From a virus (Duplodnaviria; Caudoviricetes): 64,000 nucleotides of DNA. The stretch is taken from positions 1 through 64,000 of IMG/VR virus record IMGVR_UViG_3300009873_000008. One strand, given 5' to 3'. The notes beneath the pieces are model-generated. The model ran no database searches, was not told the origin of the DNA, and saw only the letters and a program-made list of their open reading frames with translations. Shown here one piece after another: positions 8,801 to 17,532 of the stretch. A program made the position numbers and the translations under genes. Each line of letters starts with the position of its first letter. The first letter of the stretch is position 1.

Positions 8801-9569
8801 CGGTCACCGTTGCGAAGAATACCTCGCCCACCGCGAAATTGTCGCACTCGATCCCGACCAAGTCGAAGGTTTCGTCGGCTGGACACGGTTCCCAGGAGAC
8901 GACTTTGTGGTTTGGTCCGTTCTTCTTGGGCTTCTCGGGCTTCTCGGGCTTGTTCGCCTTCTCGGCCTTGGCCGCTCGGCGTGCCTTGTCGGCTTCGACC
9001 TTGGCGATCAGTTTCTGAGCCTCCATGTGGGTCTTCATGAGTCCACGCAGGCGTCCGCGTTTGCGGTTTGGCCGGCCTTCGAGGCGCAGATTGTCTGGAT
9101 GGCAGTTGGTCGGATCCTTGTCTCGGTAGCGCACAAGCATGCCGATCTCGATCGGTCGCTTCTCGATCCACTCGTACACCATGCGTGCTACCAGGCGCGC
9201 GCGACGGCGGTCGCAGGGTGCGGTGGCACGCTTGTAGGTCTGGCCTTGCTGCTTGTAGGTCCGATAGCCCAGGGTCGTCTTCCCGAGGTACAGTGGGAGG
9301 ACAGAAAGTCCCTTCTGACAGATACTTAGACGGTCCCAGCTGCCCATGGCCAGGGCTCTCTGATCGTCGGAGACGACCAGTTCTTTGCCGTTGTCCAGGC
9401 GAACCCGGACGCATGGCTTGACCCCAGCCGCGGTCACCATGACTCGGCCGACCGTGATCTTCTTCCCGTCCCAGGTGAAGCCGTAGATCGGTTCGTTCCG
9501 CGCCAGGAGCATCGCGATCGGAACGTCACCGCTGAGCGTGTGGACTAGCGTCTCGGCGGCGAAGCTCAC
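8787..9569 (-). CDS. Free-standing intein-like (Hint) protein with an inserted HNH domain and no exteins
   Basis: GTG at 9569 overlaps the upstream stop (GTGA); begins M-SFAAETLVHT (block A), VRLDNGKELVVSDDQ (block B), VARMVYE...RYRDKDPTNCHPDNL (HNH-like), TFDLVGIECDNFAVG (block F); no terminal HN/HQ. Confidence 0.75.
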   Translation of the reverse strand: MSFAAETLVHTLSGDVPIAMLLARNEPIYGFTWDGKKITVGRVMVTAAGVKPCVRVRLDNGKELVVSDDQRALAMGSWDRLSICQKGLSVLPLYLGKTTLGYRTYKQQGQTYKRATAPCDRRRARLVARMVYEWIEKRPIEIGMLVRYRDKDPTNCHPDNLRLEGRPNRKRGRLRGLMKTHMEAQKLIAKVEADKARRAAKAEKANKPEKPEKPKKNGPNHKVVSWEPCPADETFDLVGIECDNFAVGEVFFATVTDGPS

Positions 9570-10012
9570 ACCGGCCGTTCCCGGACGATCTTGAAGGCAG
9601 TGCGGAGACGATCGTTGAAACTCTTGAAACCGCGCAGGAGCCAAGGCAAGAGAACCGTGACCCGATCGCGGACCACTTCGCGCTTCATGCCCGCCGCGAG
9701 TGCCTCCTTCACGACCATCTGAGCGAACTCGTCGGCCAGGGCACGCGTGTAGCGTCGATCCCCGCTCATCAACAGCGAAAAGTCGAACCGCTGCGAGATG
9801 TCTCGCAGCAGGTCATCCACCCGCTCTTCTGCCTCATTCGCGGGGTCTGGCGGTCCGGCGAATGGATCACGGCTGGTCGGCGGGACGAAGGCAACGACGC
9901 GCTTCATCTGCGGCTTGCGCCGCGCTATGACCTCGACCAACTGGAGCGGACGTCGTTGCAGCCGCACCGTCACTCCTTGTAGGGACGCCCATCGACTGCG
10001 ATAGCGCGCCAA
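9566..10012 (-). CDS. Hypothetical protein
   Basis: 148 aa ORF coupled to the Hint-HNH gene; start uncertain. Confidence 0.55.
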   Translation of the reverse strand: MARYRSRWASLQGVTVRLQRRPLQLVEVIARRKPQMKRVVAFVPPTSRDPFAGPPDPANEAEERVDDLLRDISQRFDFSLLMSGDRRYTRALADEFAQMVVKEALAAGMKREVVRDRVTVLLPWLLRGFKSFNDRLRTAFKIVRERPV

Positions 10013-10185
10013 CTCTTCGGAATCTGGTGCATGGCGCGCGCACGTTGCACGGCCTGTTTCTCCGTCGAAGCGACAACGGAGATGACTCTGGTATCACCGA
10101 TCGGAATGCGAAAGGCGACGGCCCTCAGCTTCGCGCGCGCCAGGTACTGAGCGTGGGTCCGCTGTCCAAGGTCGCGCTTGGACAT
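9970..10185 (-). CDS. Hypothetical small basic protein
   Basis: MSKRDLGQRT... ATG 10185 with GAG-rich upstream sequence. Confidence 0.45.
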   Translation of the reverse strand: MSKRDLGQRTHAQYLARAKLRAVAFRIPIGDTRVISVVASTEKQAVQRARAMHQIPKSWRAIAVDGRPYKE

Positions 10186-10305
10186 GGTGTCTCGCTCGCC
10201 CGGCAACAGCCGTCCGAACCAGGGGTGCTGGTTCTCCAGGGTCAGCAGTGGACGTCGGCGCAGCCGCAGCATTCCCTGAGAATAGCAGGAAGCCGCGGTC
10301 TCGCG

Positions 10306-10956
10306 TCACCCCCCAAGATCGGGCCTGGGTAGCCGGTAGGTATCCGACCGCTTCTTGTCGGATTGGGGCCGATTCTCGTCTTGCTGCCAGGTTGAGATTG
10401 CGTAGCCGAGCGCGACCTCCAGCGTCTCAGGGTCGAGGAACAGGCAGTCGATGGTTCCGAACCTGATCTCGATGCCGCCCTGCACTCTCATCTGTTCAGC
10501 GGGCGGCAAGCGCAGTGGACCCGATCCGGTCAGGAACCACGTACCGTTGGTCGAAGAGGCGTCTTGGATCTTCCACAACCCGGGGTTGGCCTTGGATGCC
10601 GTCAGGTAGGCGTGGACCTTCGAGACGGTCGGATGGTCGAAACGGATGTCGTTGTTCCGGGCGCGCCCGACGGTAATCGAGTCGAACGGGTTCCGTCGAC
10701 TCTTGACGACCGGCACCAGCACCGACGTGGGCGTCACGTACGAGTTGAGCGCTTCCTTGCCCAGGACCACCGCCGTCGTATCGAGCACGGCATCGTCTTC
10801 CTCGGGCGGCTTCGGTGTCTGAAACATGAACGCCGAATCTTCGTGTTCGCCCGCGGCCTTGACCAGGAGTAGCGGCGCGTCGCCCCACAACTTTCGCGCG
10901 CCGAAGTCCTTGATCGCGGCAACGTCGCGCAACAACATTCCGTCCGATGGGGCCAT
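10306..10956 (-). CDS. FHA-domain protein
   Basis: ITVGR..NNDI....PTVSKVHA and DASSTNGT are the canonical FHA GR/SxxH/NG motifs; ATG 6 nt after GG-TAGAGT. Confidence 0.9.
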   Translation of the reverse strand: MAPSDGMLLRDVAAIKDFGARKLWGDAPLLLVKAAGEHEDSAFMFQTPKPPEEDDAVLDTTAVVLGKEALNSYVTPTSVLVPVVKSRRNPFDSITVGRARNNDIRFDHPTVSKVHAYLTASKANPGLWKIQDASSTNGTWFLTGSGPLRLPPAEQMRVQGGIEIRFGTIDCLFLDPETLEVALGYAISTWQQDENRPQSDKKRSDTYRLPRPDLGG

Positions 10957-10980
10957 ATCCACACTCTACCCGGCGCTCCC

Positions 10981-11328
10981 CTACAACTGCCAAGCGCTCA
11001 CTCGCCGCTCGCTCCCAGGCTTGAACACCAGATCAATCGTGAAGTTGGACGCGGCGTCCAGACTCGCAATCGCGCGCACGGGGTCTTTCAACTGCTCTTG
11101 GAGTGACGCACGGCACAGGGCCGCCCACACCCGAAACCCTTCACGACTCGGCGCGAGGTTCTTGTTGGCCTCGATGCCCGAGAGAAACTGCGCGAACTCG
11201 CCGCTCGTCAGCGTCGCTCCGACAATCTTGGATTCGAGCGGCACGGTAGTCGGCAGCAAGCCGCCGCCGACTACACATGCCTCGCAGAAGTAGTCCACGT
11301 GCTGGGATTCGAGAATGACCCTCCACAT
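10981..11328 (-). CDS. Hypothetical protein
   Basis: 115 aa ORF co-oriented with neighbours. Confidence 0.5.
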   Translation of the reverse strand: MWRVILESQHVDYFCEACVVGGGLLPTTVPLESKIVGATLTSGEFAQFLSGIEANKNLAPSREGFRVWAALCRASLQEQLKDPVRAIASLDAASNFTIDLVFKPGSERRVSAWQL

Positions 11329-11337
11329 GGCGAGGTT

Positions 11338-11622
11338 CTACCTGGCGCGAAAGAATGCCCGCCAGTCATCGACCAGTTCGTCGCCGGTACGGCACCAATG
11401 CTTCCAACGGGAGCGAGTCGAGACGCCGTGCTGCGTGCGCTCTCCGTGTTCGTTCCGGCGTTCCCAGACGACTCCGTCGGGGCGCACCTCGATGACGATG
11501 CGTCCGAAGACACGATCGCCGACTTGGACCAGGAACGGTTGACCGGACCGCCACGAACGAATCCATCGACCGTCGACGAAGCGGGGGAGACGGTGACGCC
11601 CGTTGGGGCACGTACATGACAT
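11338..11622 (-). CDS. Hypothetical protein whose RBS is buried in a hairpin
   Basis: AGGAG 5 nt before ATG 11622; MSCTCPNGRHRL... Confidence 0.5.
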   Translation of the reverse strand: MSCTCPNGRHRLPRFVDGRWIRSWRSGQPFLVQVGDRVFGRIVIEVRPDGVVWERRNEHGERTQHGVSTRSRWKHWCRTGDELVDDWRAFFRAR

Positions 11623-11672
11623 GACGACTCCTACTGCGCCCACTGGCGCGAAACAAAGTAGGAGTCGTCATG
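11620..11672. promoter_or_regulatory. 16-bp perfect inverted repeat covering the SD and ATG of 11338..11622
   Basis: CATGACGACTCCTACT (11620-11635) / AGTAGGAGTCGTCATG (11657-11672); inner GCGCC/GGCGC hairpin in the loop. Confidence 0.8.
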
Positions 11673-11690
11673 GAGCAGCCGACGTGGCTA

Positions 11691-11996
11691 CTAGATGTAT
11701 GCCTGGAAGGGCGAGACCTCGGCCGGCACCGAGGCGAGCCGAACCGGCTGCCGGTCGCGGACCTTGCCGAAGAGTTGGAAGCGGCGGACCATGTTCGCCA
11801 CCTGGTCGAGCGGGACACCCGCCGCGGTCGTGATCGTCACCTGGCTGATGACGCCGTTGGTGTACGTGTAGGCGAGCGTGATGTTCTTCTCCCGACTCGG
11901 CAACGGAACCACCGACGAGTCGACGCGGGTCTTGATCTGATCCACGGCGTGCTGAGGGACCGACGCGCCGGAGACGTCCAGGACGATGCTGGCCAT
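11691..11996 (-). CDS. Hypothetical protein
   Basis: 101 aa, strong GGGAGG RBS. Confidence 0.65.
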   Translation of the reverse strand: MASIVLDVSGASVPQHAVDQIKTRVDSSVVPLPSREKNITLAYTYTNGVISQVTITTAAGVPLDQVANMVRRFQLFGKVRDRQPVRLASVPAEVSPFQAYI

Positions 11997-12017
11997 AGTG
12001 TTCCTCCCACCGTGAGC

Positions 12018-13010
12018 CTACACAACGTCGGCCTGAATCGTCTCGGACTTCTCGGCCTTCTCGACCACCGCCTTACCCCAGCAACACTCGCCGATCCACC
12101 CGCCCTCCGGGGCTTTGTGTGAACCAGCTGCCGGAACGACCTGTTGGCAACTACCGCAGCGTACGCGTCTCGTTCGCTTGGGCTTGGGCGGGAGCGGCGG
12201 AATCGGATGATCGCTCCGACCGCGTCTCGCCTGGTCGATCTCGTGCTGGAGCTTCTGTGCGGCCAGCACTGCCCGAAGTTGATCGGCCAGGACCCGCGCA
12301 GCGGCTACGAAGTCGAGTTCTCCGGCGGAGACGATCGTCTGCTCGAAGTGCTCGGTCAGCGTACGGGAAGTGAGGAAATAGGTTACCAGGTCCCGGCCTG
12401 TGTGCAGCCGACTATCGGGCATGCGACCACTGCGCACTCGCTCCAACACGGTCGAGATGGCGTGCTCAACCGCGTCGAGAGGAGCCGCACCATTGTTCAT
12501 CGACGCGAGCAGTTCGATCGCGCACAGGCGCACAGACTCGGATCGCATCACCCGCACGTAGCTCGTGCCCCAGTCCCGAGAGAACAGAGTGCGGGCCAGC
12601 TTTTCCGACGGCTGCACCGTCGTCTTGTCGAGCGCCGTCGAGAACTCACGCACGTGACCGGCGTAGAAGTCGACCTGCTGAGTCACGAACTCGGCCACGA
12701 TCTGCGCCGGGTCCTTCGTGACGAGCAGACGGCGCGCCTGCTCGGCCTTGGACTCCTCTTCGAGTTGCTTGAAGAGCGCCTTAGAGATCTTCTTGTGGCC
12801 GGTCAGACCGACCACCTCAAACTCCTGCGACCAGCGTTCCGCAGCCGGACGATTGACGTCGGTCGGTGCGAGCGTGCAGAAGAAGACCGGGTCTTCGATG
12901 TAGGAAGCCCACTTCGTCTTGATGCGATCGACGGGAAGCACCGTCTTGCAGGCGACGAGTTCCCACGTGAGCCCGTGGCGCAGCGCCCAGAACTGCCTTC
13001 TTCTCGACAT
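12018..13010 (-). CDS. Hypothetical protein with a C-terminal Cys motif (CGSC...ECC)
   Basis: 330 aa ORF overlapping the upstream stop. Confidence 0.65.
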   Translation of the reverse strand: MSRRRQFWALRHGLTWELVACKTVLPVDRIKTKWASYIEDPVFFCTLAPTDVNRPAAERWSQEFEVVGLTGHKKISKALFKQLEEESKAEQARRLLVTKDPAQIVAEFVTQQVDFYAGHVREFSTALDKTTVQPSEKLARTLFSRDWGTSYVRVMRSESVRLCAIELLASMNNGAAPLDAVEHAISTVLERVRSGRMPDSRLHTGRDLVTYFLTSRTLTEHFEQTIVSAGELDFVAAARVLADQLRAVLAAQKLQHEIDQARRGRSDHPIPPLPPKPKRTRRVRCGSCQQVVPAAGSHKAPEGGWIGECCWGKAVVEKAEKSETIQADVV

Positions 13011-13330
13011 CAGATCCTCTCCGCAATCATGTCGTCAGCCTGGTTCAGTAGCTCGGCCGCTTGGCGCAGACAGTCTCGTAGCTCAGTAGTGAGCCGCGGG
13101 CTGTCCGAGAGCGCCCGAGCCCGACTCGCCAGCGCGGCGAGATCGCGGGCGAGATGTCCAACCTCGGCTGTGTCGTCCGTGTCGGGGTCCTCGGTCGCGA
13201 AGCGCTCGTACATGTTCAGCGCCGCGTGATCCGCGCGTGCGTCTTGCTGGCACGCGCAGTCGGGGCGCGGAAAGTAACTGCAAAAGCCGCACGCCTGAGC
13301 CGCTGCCGCGAGTCGTTGCTCCAGAGTCAT
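13010..13330 (-). CDS. Hypothetical protein (N-terminal CGFC...CAC)
   Basis: GAGGAG RBS, ATG 13330. Confidence 0.6.
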   Translation of the reverse strand: MTLEQRLAAAAQACGFCSYFPRPDCACQQDARADHAALNMYERFATEDPDTDDTAEVGHLARDLAALASRARALSDSPRLTTELRDCLRQAAELLNQADDMIAERI

Positions 13331-13343
13331 AGTCGCTCTCCTC

Positions 13344-13375
13344 GTCTTACCCACAGTCGCGGAGCGATCTCTTAC
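13344..13375 (-). promoter_or_regulatory. Putative promoter GTAAG-N14-CTGTGGG-TAAGAC
   Basis: Same spacing as copies at 13451, 18316, 22583, 31585; directly upstream of the 13330 start. Confidence 0.55.
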
Positions 13376-13450
13376 GCCGCGCCATCAACTTCGCGGGCTT
13401 GACGTCGCGGTGGGTACAAATCTCGTTGGCACAGAAGGTTAAGAAACTTC

Positions 13451-13477
13451 TGTAAGTCCTCGGCCTTGACCTGTGAG
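13451..13477 (+). promoter_or_regulatory. Putative promoter TGTAAG-N14-CTGTGAG
   Basis: Exact bipartite match upstream of 13499. Confidence 0.55.
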
Positions 13478-13498
13478 TGAGCAGGAAGGACGGACGAC

Positions 13499-13762
13499 AT
13501 GAGCAAGAGCAGCGAGACCAAGCGGGTTCGGGCGGCGAGGAAGAGCATGGACGCGACGCGCGCCGCGCTCGCCGCGCTTGAGGCAGTGCTGGAGAGTCGC
13601 CTCAAGGCGGTGAGCGCCGTGTACGGCGCCAAGCTCCACCCGAAGCATCTGGACTCGGTTCGTGTCCTGCTGGAGGCCGAGCGCGCCGAGGTGACCACCC
13701 GGCTGGAGATGGCCACCGAAGAGTACACCAAGCTCCGCGACCTCTACGGCGACGCCGAGTAG
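13499..13762 (+). CDS. Hypothetical coiled-coil protein
   Basis: 87 aa, purine-rich RBS, high GC3. Confidence 0.7.
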   Translation: MSKSSETKRVRAARKSMDATRAALAALEAVLESRLKAVSAVYGAKLHPKHLDSVRVLLEAERAEVTTRLEMATEEYTKLRDLYGDAE

Positions 13763-13808
13763 CAGCCGATTCACCGACCGATCATTCATTCACCCCAACG
13801 AAAGGCAA

Positions 13809-14168
13809 ATGACCATGACTGTTCCGCTCGATAAGGTGCTGGCCGACGCTGTGAATCCCGAGGGGATCACCCCTCTCTCCGCTGGTGCGGTGCTCTGCGC
13901 CGAGATCCGGCAGGGCCTCCGGCGCGTGCTCAAGGCGCACGATCCCGAGGGCTACGCCGCCTACAAGCGCCTCAAGTACCCCGAGGGGAAGGACGCGGGC
14001 AAGTCGACCGAGCACCGGATCGAGGCGACCAAGTTCCTGTTCGACCGGGTCCGTGACCTGCTCCTGCCCTACTACATCCCGTTCCCCGCCGTCGCGACGG
14101 ACGAGGAGCCCGAGGAGGGGGAGCCCGAGCCGCACGACGCCTACGACCTCGACTACGACAACGAGTGA
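13809..14168 (+). CDS. Hypothetical protein with an acidic tail
   Basis: 119 aa, AAAGG RBS, high GC3. Confidence 0.7.
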   Translation: MTMTVPLDKVLADAVNPEGITPLSAGAVLCAEIRQGLRRVLKAHDPEGYAAYKRLKYPEGKDAGKSTEHRIEATKFLFDRVRDLLLPYYIPFPAVATDEEPEEGEPEPHDAYDLDYDNE

Positions 14169-14244
14169 GGAACAGATGAAGCGCTTTCACGCTCGCGCGC
14201 CACCACGAGTGACGGGGTAGAACCACGGTGGAAAGGCCGGAGAC

Positions 14245-14730
14245 ATGATCCACCCCAGCGAGACCCCGGTGCCTCTTGGAATCTCTCCCGAACTGGTAGA
14301 CGTGATCCGCACCGCGGTCGCGACTACCGCGAAGCCGGAGGGCTGGCGCGACTCCGAGTACGCCATGACGAAGGTGTCGGCCAACGAGGCGCTGCGATCG
14401 ATCACCGAGGCGGAGGCTGCACACACGCAGCCCCGCCTCACGATCTTTCAGTGGGGCGTCCTCAAGGGCGAGATCGCGCGCTACTGGAAGCACAGGCGTG
14501 GACCGCCCCGGGACATGGCGTTTGCCGCCTTCACCGCGCTCGAAGCCGGATTGCGTGCGGCCCCCGAGGCGAAGGAAGCGCTGATCGAACTGGCCGCCGA
14601 AGAGGATGCCGCCCGGCGAGTGGTCGAGGCCGAGATGTCCCTCACCGTCGCCCAGGAGAACCTGGATCGAGTCCGGCGTGAGCAGGAAGAGCGCCGCCGC
14701 TCCACCTCGGAGCGTCATCGGATCTCCTGA
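14245..14730 (+). CDS. Hypothetical protein
   Basis: GGGTAGAAC promoter-like motif plus GGAG RBS. Confidence 0.7.
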   Translation: MIHPSETPVPLGISPELVDVIRTAVATTAKPEGWRDSEYAMTKVSANEALRSITEAEAAHTQPRLTIFQWGVLKGEIARYWKHRRGPPRDMAFAAFTALEAGLRAAPEAKEALIELAAEEDAARRVVEAEMSLTVAQENLDRVRREQEERRRSTSERHRIS

Positions 14731-15060
14731 GTGACACCCGAAGAGCGCACGCCTGAGTGGATGGCCGATGCCATCATGGTTGTGCTGCGCAAAGAACCCA
14801 ATCTGACCGAGCGGTTCGGGATCCGCACGTTGGTCCTGGCTCTCCTCAAGGGCGAGGCGGACATTGAAGAGCGCCCGTGCAGGAAGACCAACGCCTGGGA
14901 CCGCGACCACCTCTGCGGATTCGGTGGCGCACCTGGGAAAGTCAGAGTGACGTGCGAGCGCAGCGGCGGACTCCTCTACGACGAGATCCGAGACTGCGAG
15001 ACGTGCCGGGGCACCGGCACAGAGCGCCGACTCAAGTACCGCTACCAGGCGTACGATTGA
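14731..15060 (+). CDS. Hypothetical protein with a DnaJ-like Cys/Gly zinc motif
   Basis: C..C...C...CETCRGTG. Confidence 0.6.
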   Translation: MTPEERTPEWMADAIMVVLRKEPNLTERFGIRTLVLALLKGEADIEERPCRKTNAWDRDHLCGFGGAPGKVRVTCERSGGLLYDEIRDCETCRGTGTERRLKYRYQAYD

Positions 15061-15451
15061 GTTCAGCGATTGAGCCGACCAGGTCGACCACTGGCCACAC
15101 GATCACGAATCGCGGTGTCTCGTCTCCGTAGTCCCGCACTACAGCGTGAGCGAGGAGCAAGTTCTCGCGCTCGTTACGGGCTCTCGCCAACGCAATCGCA
15201 TCGTCGATCGAAGCGAAGCGCGTCGCTTGGTCGAACTCGGTAGTCGCGATCGAGTCGGCACGACGGAGCGGACCATCGCGAAGAGTCCAGCCGGCGAGCA
15301 GACGAACGTCACACTCACTTGAGATCTGCGCGGCCGGATCGAGGCGACAGACGAAACGATGCGAGAGGGCAAGGCTCAAACGAACCTCCCCTCTCAGCAC
15401 CTTGTCCCTGGGAATGTGAGGAAAGACGAGCAACAGGAACGGTCGGCTCAC
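15032..15451 (-). CDS. Hypothetical protein carrying the shared peptide tag (DLVGSIAELN)
   Basis: GTGA coupling to the HTH stop; tag at 15056-15085. Confidence 0.55.
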   Translation of the reverse strand: MSRPFLLLVFPHIPRDKVLRGEVRLSLALSHRFVCRLDPAAQISSECDVRLLAGWTLRDGPLRRADSIATTEFDQATRFASIDDAIALARARNERENLLLAHAVVRDYGDETPRFVIVWPVVDLVGSIAELNRTPGSGT

Positions 15452-15951
15452 GACAGCGCGCGACGCACCGCCGAGATCAGCGCAACCACCGACTCCTGGC
15501 TCTGCCCGAAGGCAGTGTTGCTGCCCACTGCCGCCGTCACGATCGCCGAGATCGCCGAGAGCCGCGCAGCCGACTCAACGCCGTTCGATCCGTCCAGCAC
15601 GGGGGTCGGCGCCGCGGCCGTTGCGGGTGCGAGCGCGGGACGACCGCGACGACCGCCACCGACACGGGGCTCGCGCGCGGGGCGTCTGAGCGCCGCGTTC
15701 TTGTCGTCGAGCAGCATCTCGGGCGGATCGCCAGCGATCAGATCCTTGATCCGCTGCTGGACCGACAGCATCGCGTTGGCGCGCCCACCTTGCCAGTTGT
15801 GCCAGGTGCTGTTGGTCACGCCGAGGAAGTGCGCGAGGCGCTTCTTCGGGATGCCGTACTTGGCCCGCCACGCGTCCAGGTCACCGAAGGTGACGCCGGT
15901 CCACTCCGGCTTCTTCTTGCTCTTGATGCTCAGTCGCTTCTTCTTGGCCAT
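15448..15951 (-). CDS. XRE-type helix-turn-helix protein
   Basis: WRAKYGIPKKRLAHFLGVTNSTWHNWQGG. Confidence 0.75.
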   Translation of the reverse strand: MAKKKRLSIKSKKKPEWTGVTFGDLDAWRAKYGIPKKRLAHFLGVTNSTWHNWQGGRANAMLSVQQRIKDLIAGDPPEMLLDDKNAALRRPAREPRVGGGRRGRPALAPATAAAPTPVLDGSNGVESAARLSAISAIVTAAVGSNTAFGQSQESVVALISAVRRALS

Positions 15952-15984
15952 CGGGTCCTCGCTTCCGCGTCCTCACTGCGGGTT

Positions 15985-16467
15985 CTACCCTCGCGCGGAT
16001 CGAGTCGATGAGCCTTTCCGCTTCTTCTTGTCGAGGGCACCGATCGTGTCGACGACAGAGACATTCAGCCAACGGGAGAGAGCGCTGAGTCGAGCGTAGA
16101 ACGCTTCGTGAGTCGTCGTTGACATGGCCCCCCGAAAGGGCCTCCGTTGTTCCTGGTTGGCCGCTCGAATGAACTCGACGGCCTCGGCGACTCCGGGCAT
16201 CCCATCCGCCGGTTCGCGCGAGAAGGTAAGCCTGGCCTCGTCCCCTCGGGTAGCCACGTTGATGGCTCGACTGATCGTCTTGTGAATCAGTCCAAGCTGC
16301 TTGTAGCGCATCAGCACAGCGATCCCCGGCGTAACTGTAAAGCTGACAGCGATCGGATCGGATTGGATGGCCGCCTTCCGCTTCAAGGTTCCTCCGTAAT
16401 TGTCCGCTATGTAAGAACTAAGCGAGTCCAGCTGCTCAGGACCGGTGTCGCTCAAGCCACCGCTCAA
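15985..16467 (-). CDS. Hypothetical protein, paralog of 17140..17484, tagged (SVVDTIGALD)
   Basis: Shared SDPxxVSFT, RLTFSR and RWLN...IGAxDKK; start uncertain. Confidence 0.6.
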   Translation of the reverse strand: MSGGLSDTGPEQLDSLSSYIADNYGGTLKRKAAIQSDPIAVSFTVTPGIAVLMRYKQLGLIHKTISRAINVATRGDEARLTFSREPADGMPGVAEAVEFIRAANQEQRRPFRGAMSTTTHEAFYARLSALSRWLNVSVVDTIGALDKKKRKGSSTRSARG

Positions 16468-16660
16468 GCCGGATGAGCAGCCGCCTGGCCTGTCTTACCA
16501 GGCTCTCGACCGCCTCGTCGTCCTCGGCCAAGTGGGCGCGGCCGATCTCGTGAGCGAGCCAGTCGGGCAACAGCAGCCAGTGGGACATGCAGAAGAGCCG
16601 CGGGCGCAACACCTGCGCCTCGCAGCCCTCGGCGCAGCAGTCTTCGACGACACCGCCCAT
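16436..16660 (-). CDS. Small zinc-binding-like phage protein
   Basis: C.AEGC......LFC.SHW..LP pattern. Confidence 0.55.
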   Translation of the reverse strand: MGGVVEDCCAEGCEAQVLRPRLFCMSHWLLLPDWLAHEIGRAHLAEDDEAVESLVRQARRLLIRLERWLERHRS

Positions 16661-16891
16661 CCGTATACGTTGCCCCACGGCCGTCCAATCACTCCAATGA
16701 AAACAGCGGCGGTGGTAGCTAGACTGGAGACGGTCAGCGAGGTGTGCGCCTACCGTTTTCCCCACTTTCCCCCTTTATTCGGTTGGAGCCTCTGTAGCTG
16801 ATCCCGGGCGATCGTCTTTGAGCTTTGATTACCCCAACCTAGACTAACGGACGATCACTCCCTCGCTGTGTTGGCGAGGAGCCCGGTTTGG

Positions 16892-17143
16892 TTATCGCCG
16901 TCGCGCCTTCTTGCGCTGCTTATTGCGCTTCCCGACCTTCTTGCGCGTCTTGCGCGTCTTTCGACTCGCGGTCGCGGGAGCACCACACTCCGGCGACGTT
17001 GGGGTCCGCCGGCCGTTCGCGAGATAGTAGACCCAGCGCCCATCTTCCGCGTCGTTGCGGGCCGCGCACCATCGTCGCGCGGCGCCGCAGCACGCACAGA
17101 CCTGCACGATGAACCACTCCCGATCGACCCACTCGTGCGTCAT
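16892..17143 (-). CDS. Hypothetical protein (CxxC, basic tail)
   Basis: ATGA coupling with the upstream stop. Confidence 0.5.
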   Translation of the reverse strand: MTHEWVDREWFIVQVCACCGAARRWCAARNDAEDGRWVYYLANGRRTPTSPECGAPATASRKTRKTRKKVGKRNKQRKKARRR

Positions 17144-17484
17144 GAGTTTTCCTTCTTGTCCATGGCGCCGATGATCGAGACAGCGTCGTAGTTCAGCCAC
17201 CGCCTGATCGCCCACGCGCGGCGCGAGAACCCCTGACGAGTTGCCGGACTGATCCTACGCGCTTTGTCCTCACTACAGATGCGCAGGAAGGGGAGCAAGC
17301 TCTCCGCGTCTGCCACATCGAGATACCCCGGCAGCCTTGAGAAAGTCAGGCGGCCCGAGTCGTCCAGCATGGCTCGAATGGTCTGCCTCCATTCGGTCTT
17401 GGTCACGTCCTTCATGGACAACATCAGCGTAGCCCGCATCACGTCAGACAGCGTGAAGGACACCGTAACTGGATCGCTGCTCAT
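17140..17484 (-). CDS. Hypothetical protein, paralog of 15985..16467, tagged (DAVSIIGAMD)
   Basis: GGAGG RBS; TAGGAC motif 24 nt upstream. Confidence 0.7.
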   Translation of the reverse strand: MSSDPVTVSFTLSDVMRATLMLSMKDVTKTEWRQTIRAMLDDSGRLTFSRLPGYLDVADAESLLPFLRICSEDKARRISPATRQGFSRRAWAIRRWLNYDAVSIIGAMDKKENS

Positions 17485-17508
17485 CGACCTCCGTCTGGCC
17501 ACGACTCA

Positions 17509-17526
17509 GTCCTACCAGGGTATGAC
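17509..17526. promoter_or_regulatory. Back-to-back -10-like elements (TAGGAC on minus, TATGAC on plus) only 6 bp apart
   Basis: GTCCTA-CCAGGG-TATGAC between divergent starts 17484 and 17533. Confidence 0.5.
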
Positions 17527-17532
17527 GACGGG

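Noticed and set aside
939-9040. Very long plus-strand ORFs (939..4424, 4488..5987, 6494..9040) and similar ones opposite nrdJ and the 57-58 kb genes
   Set aside because: Antisense shadows of real minus-strand genes: high GC3 removes stops in the opposite frame, and the translations lack any family motif
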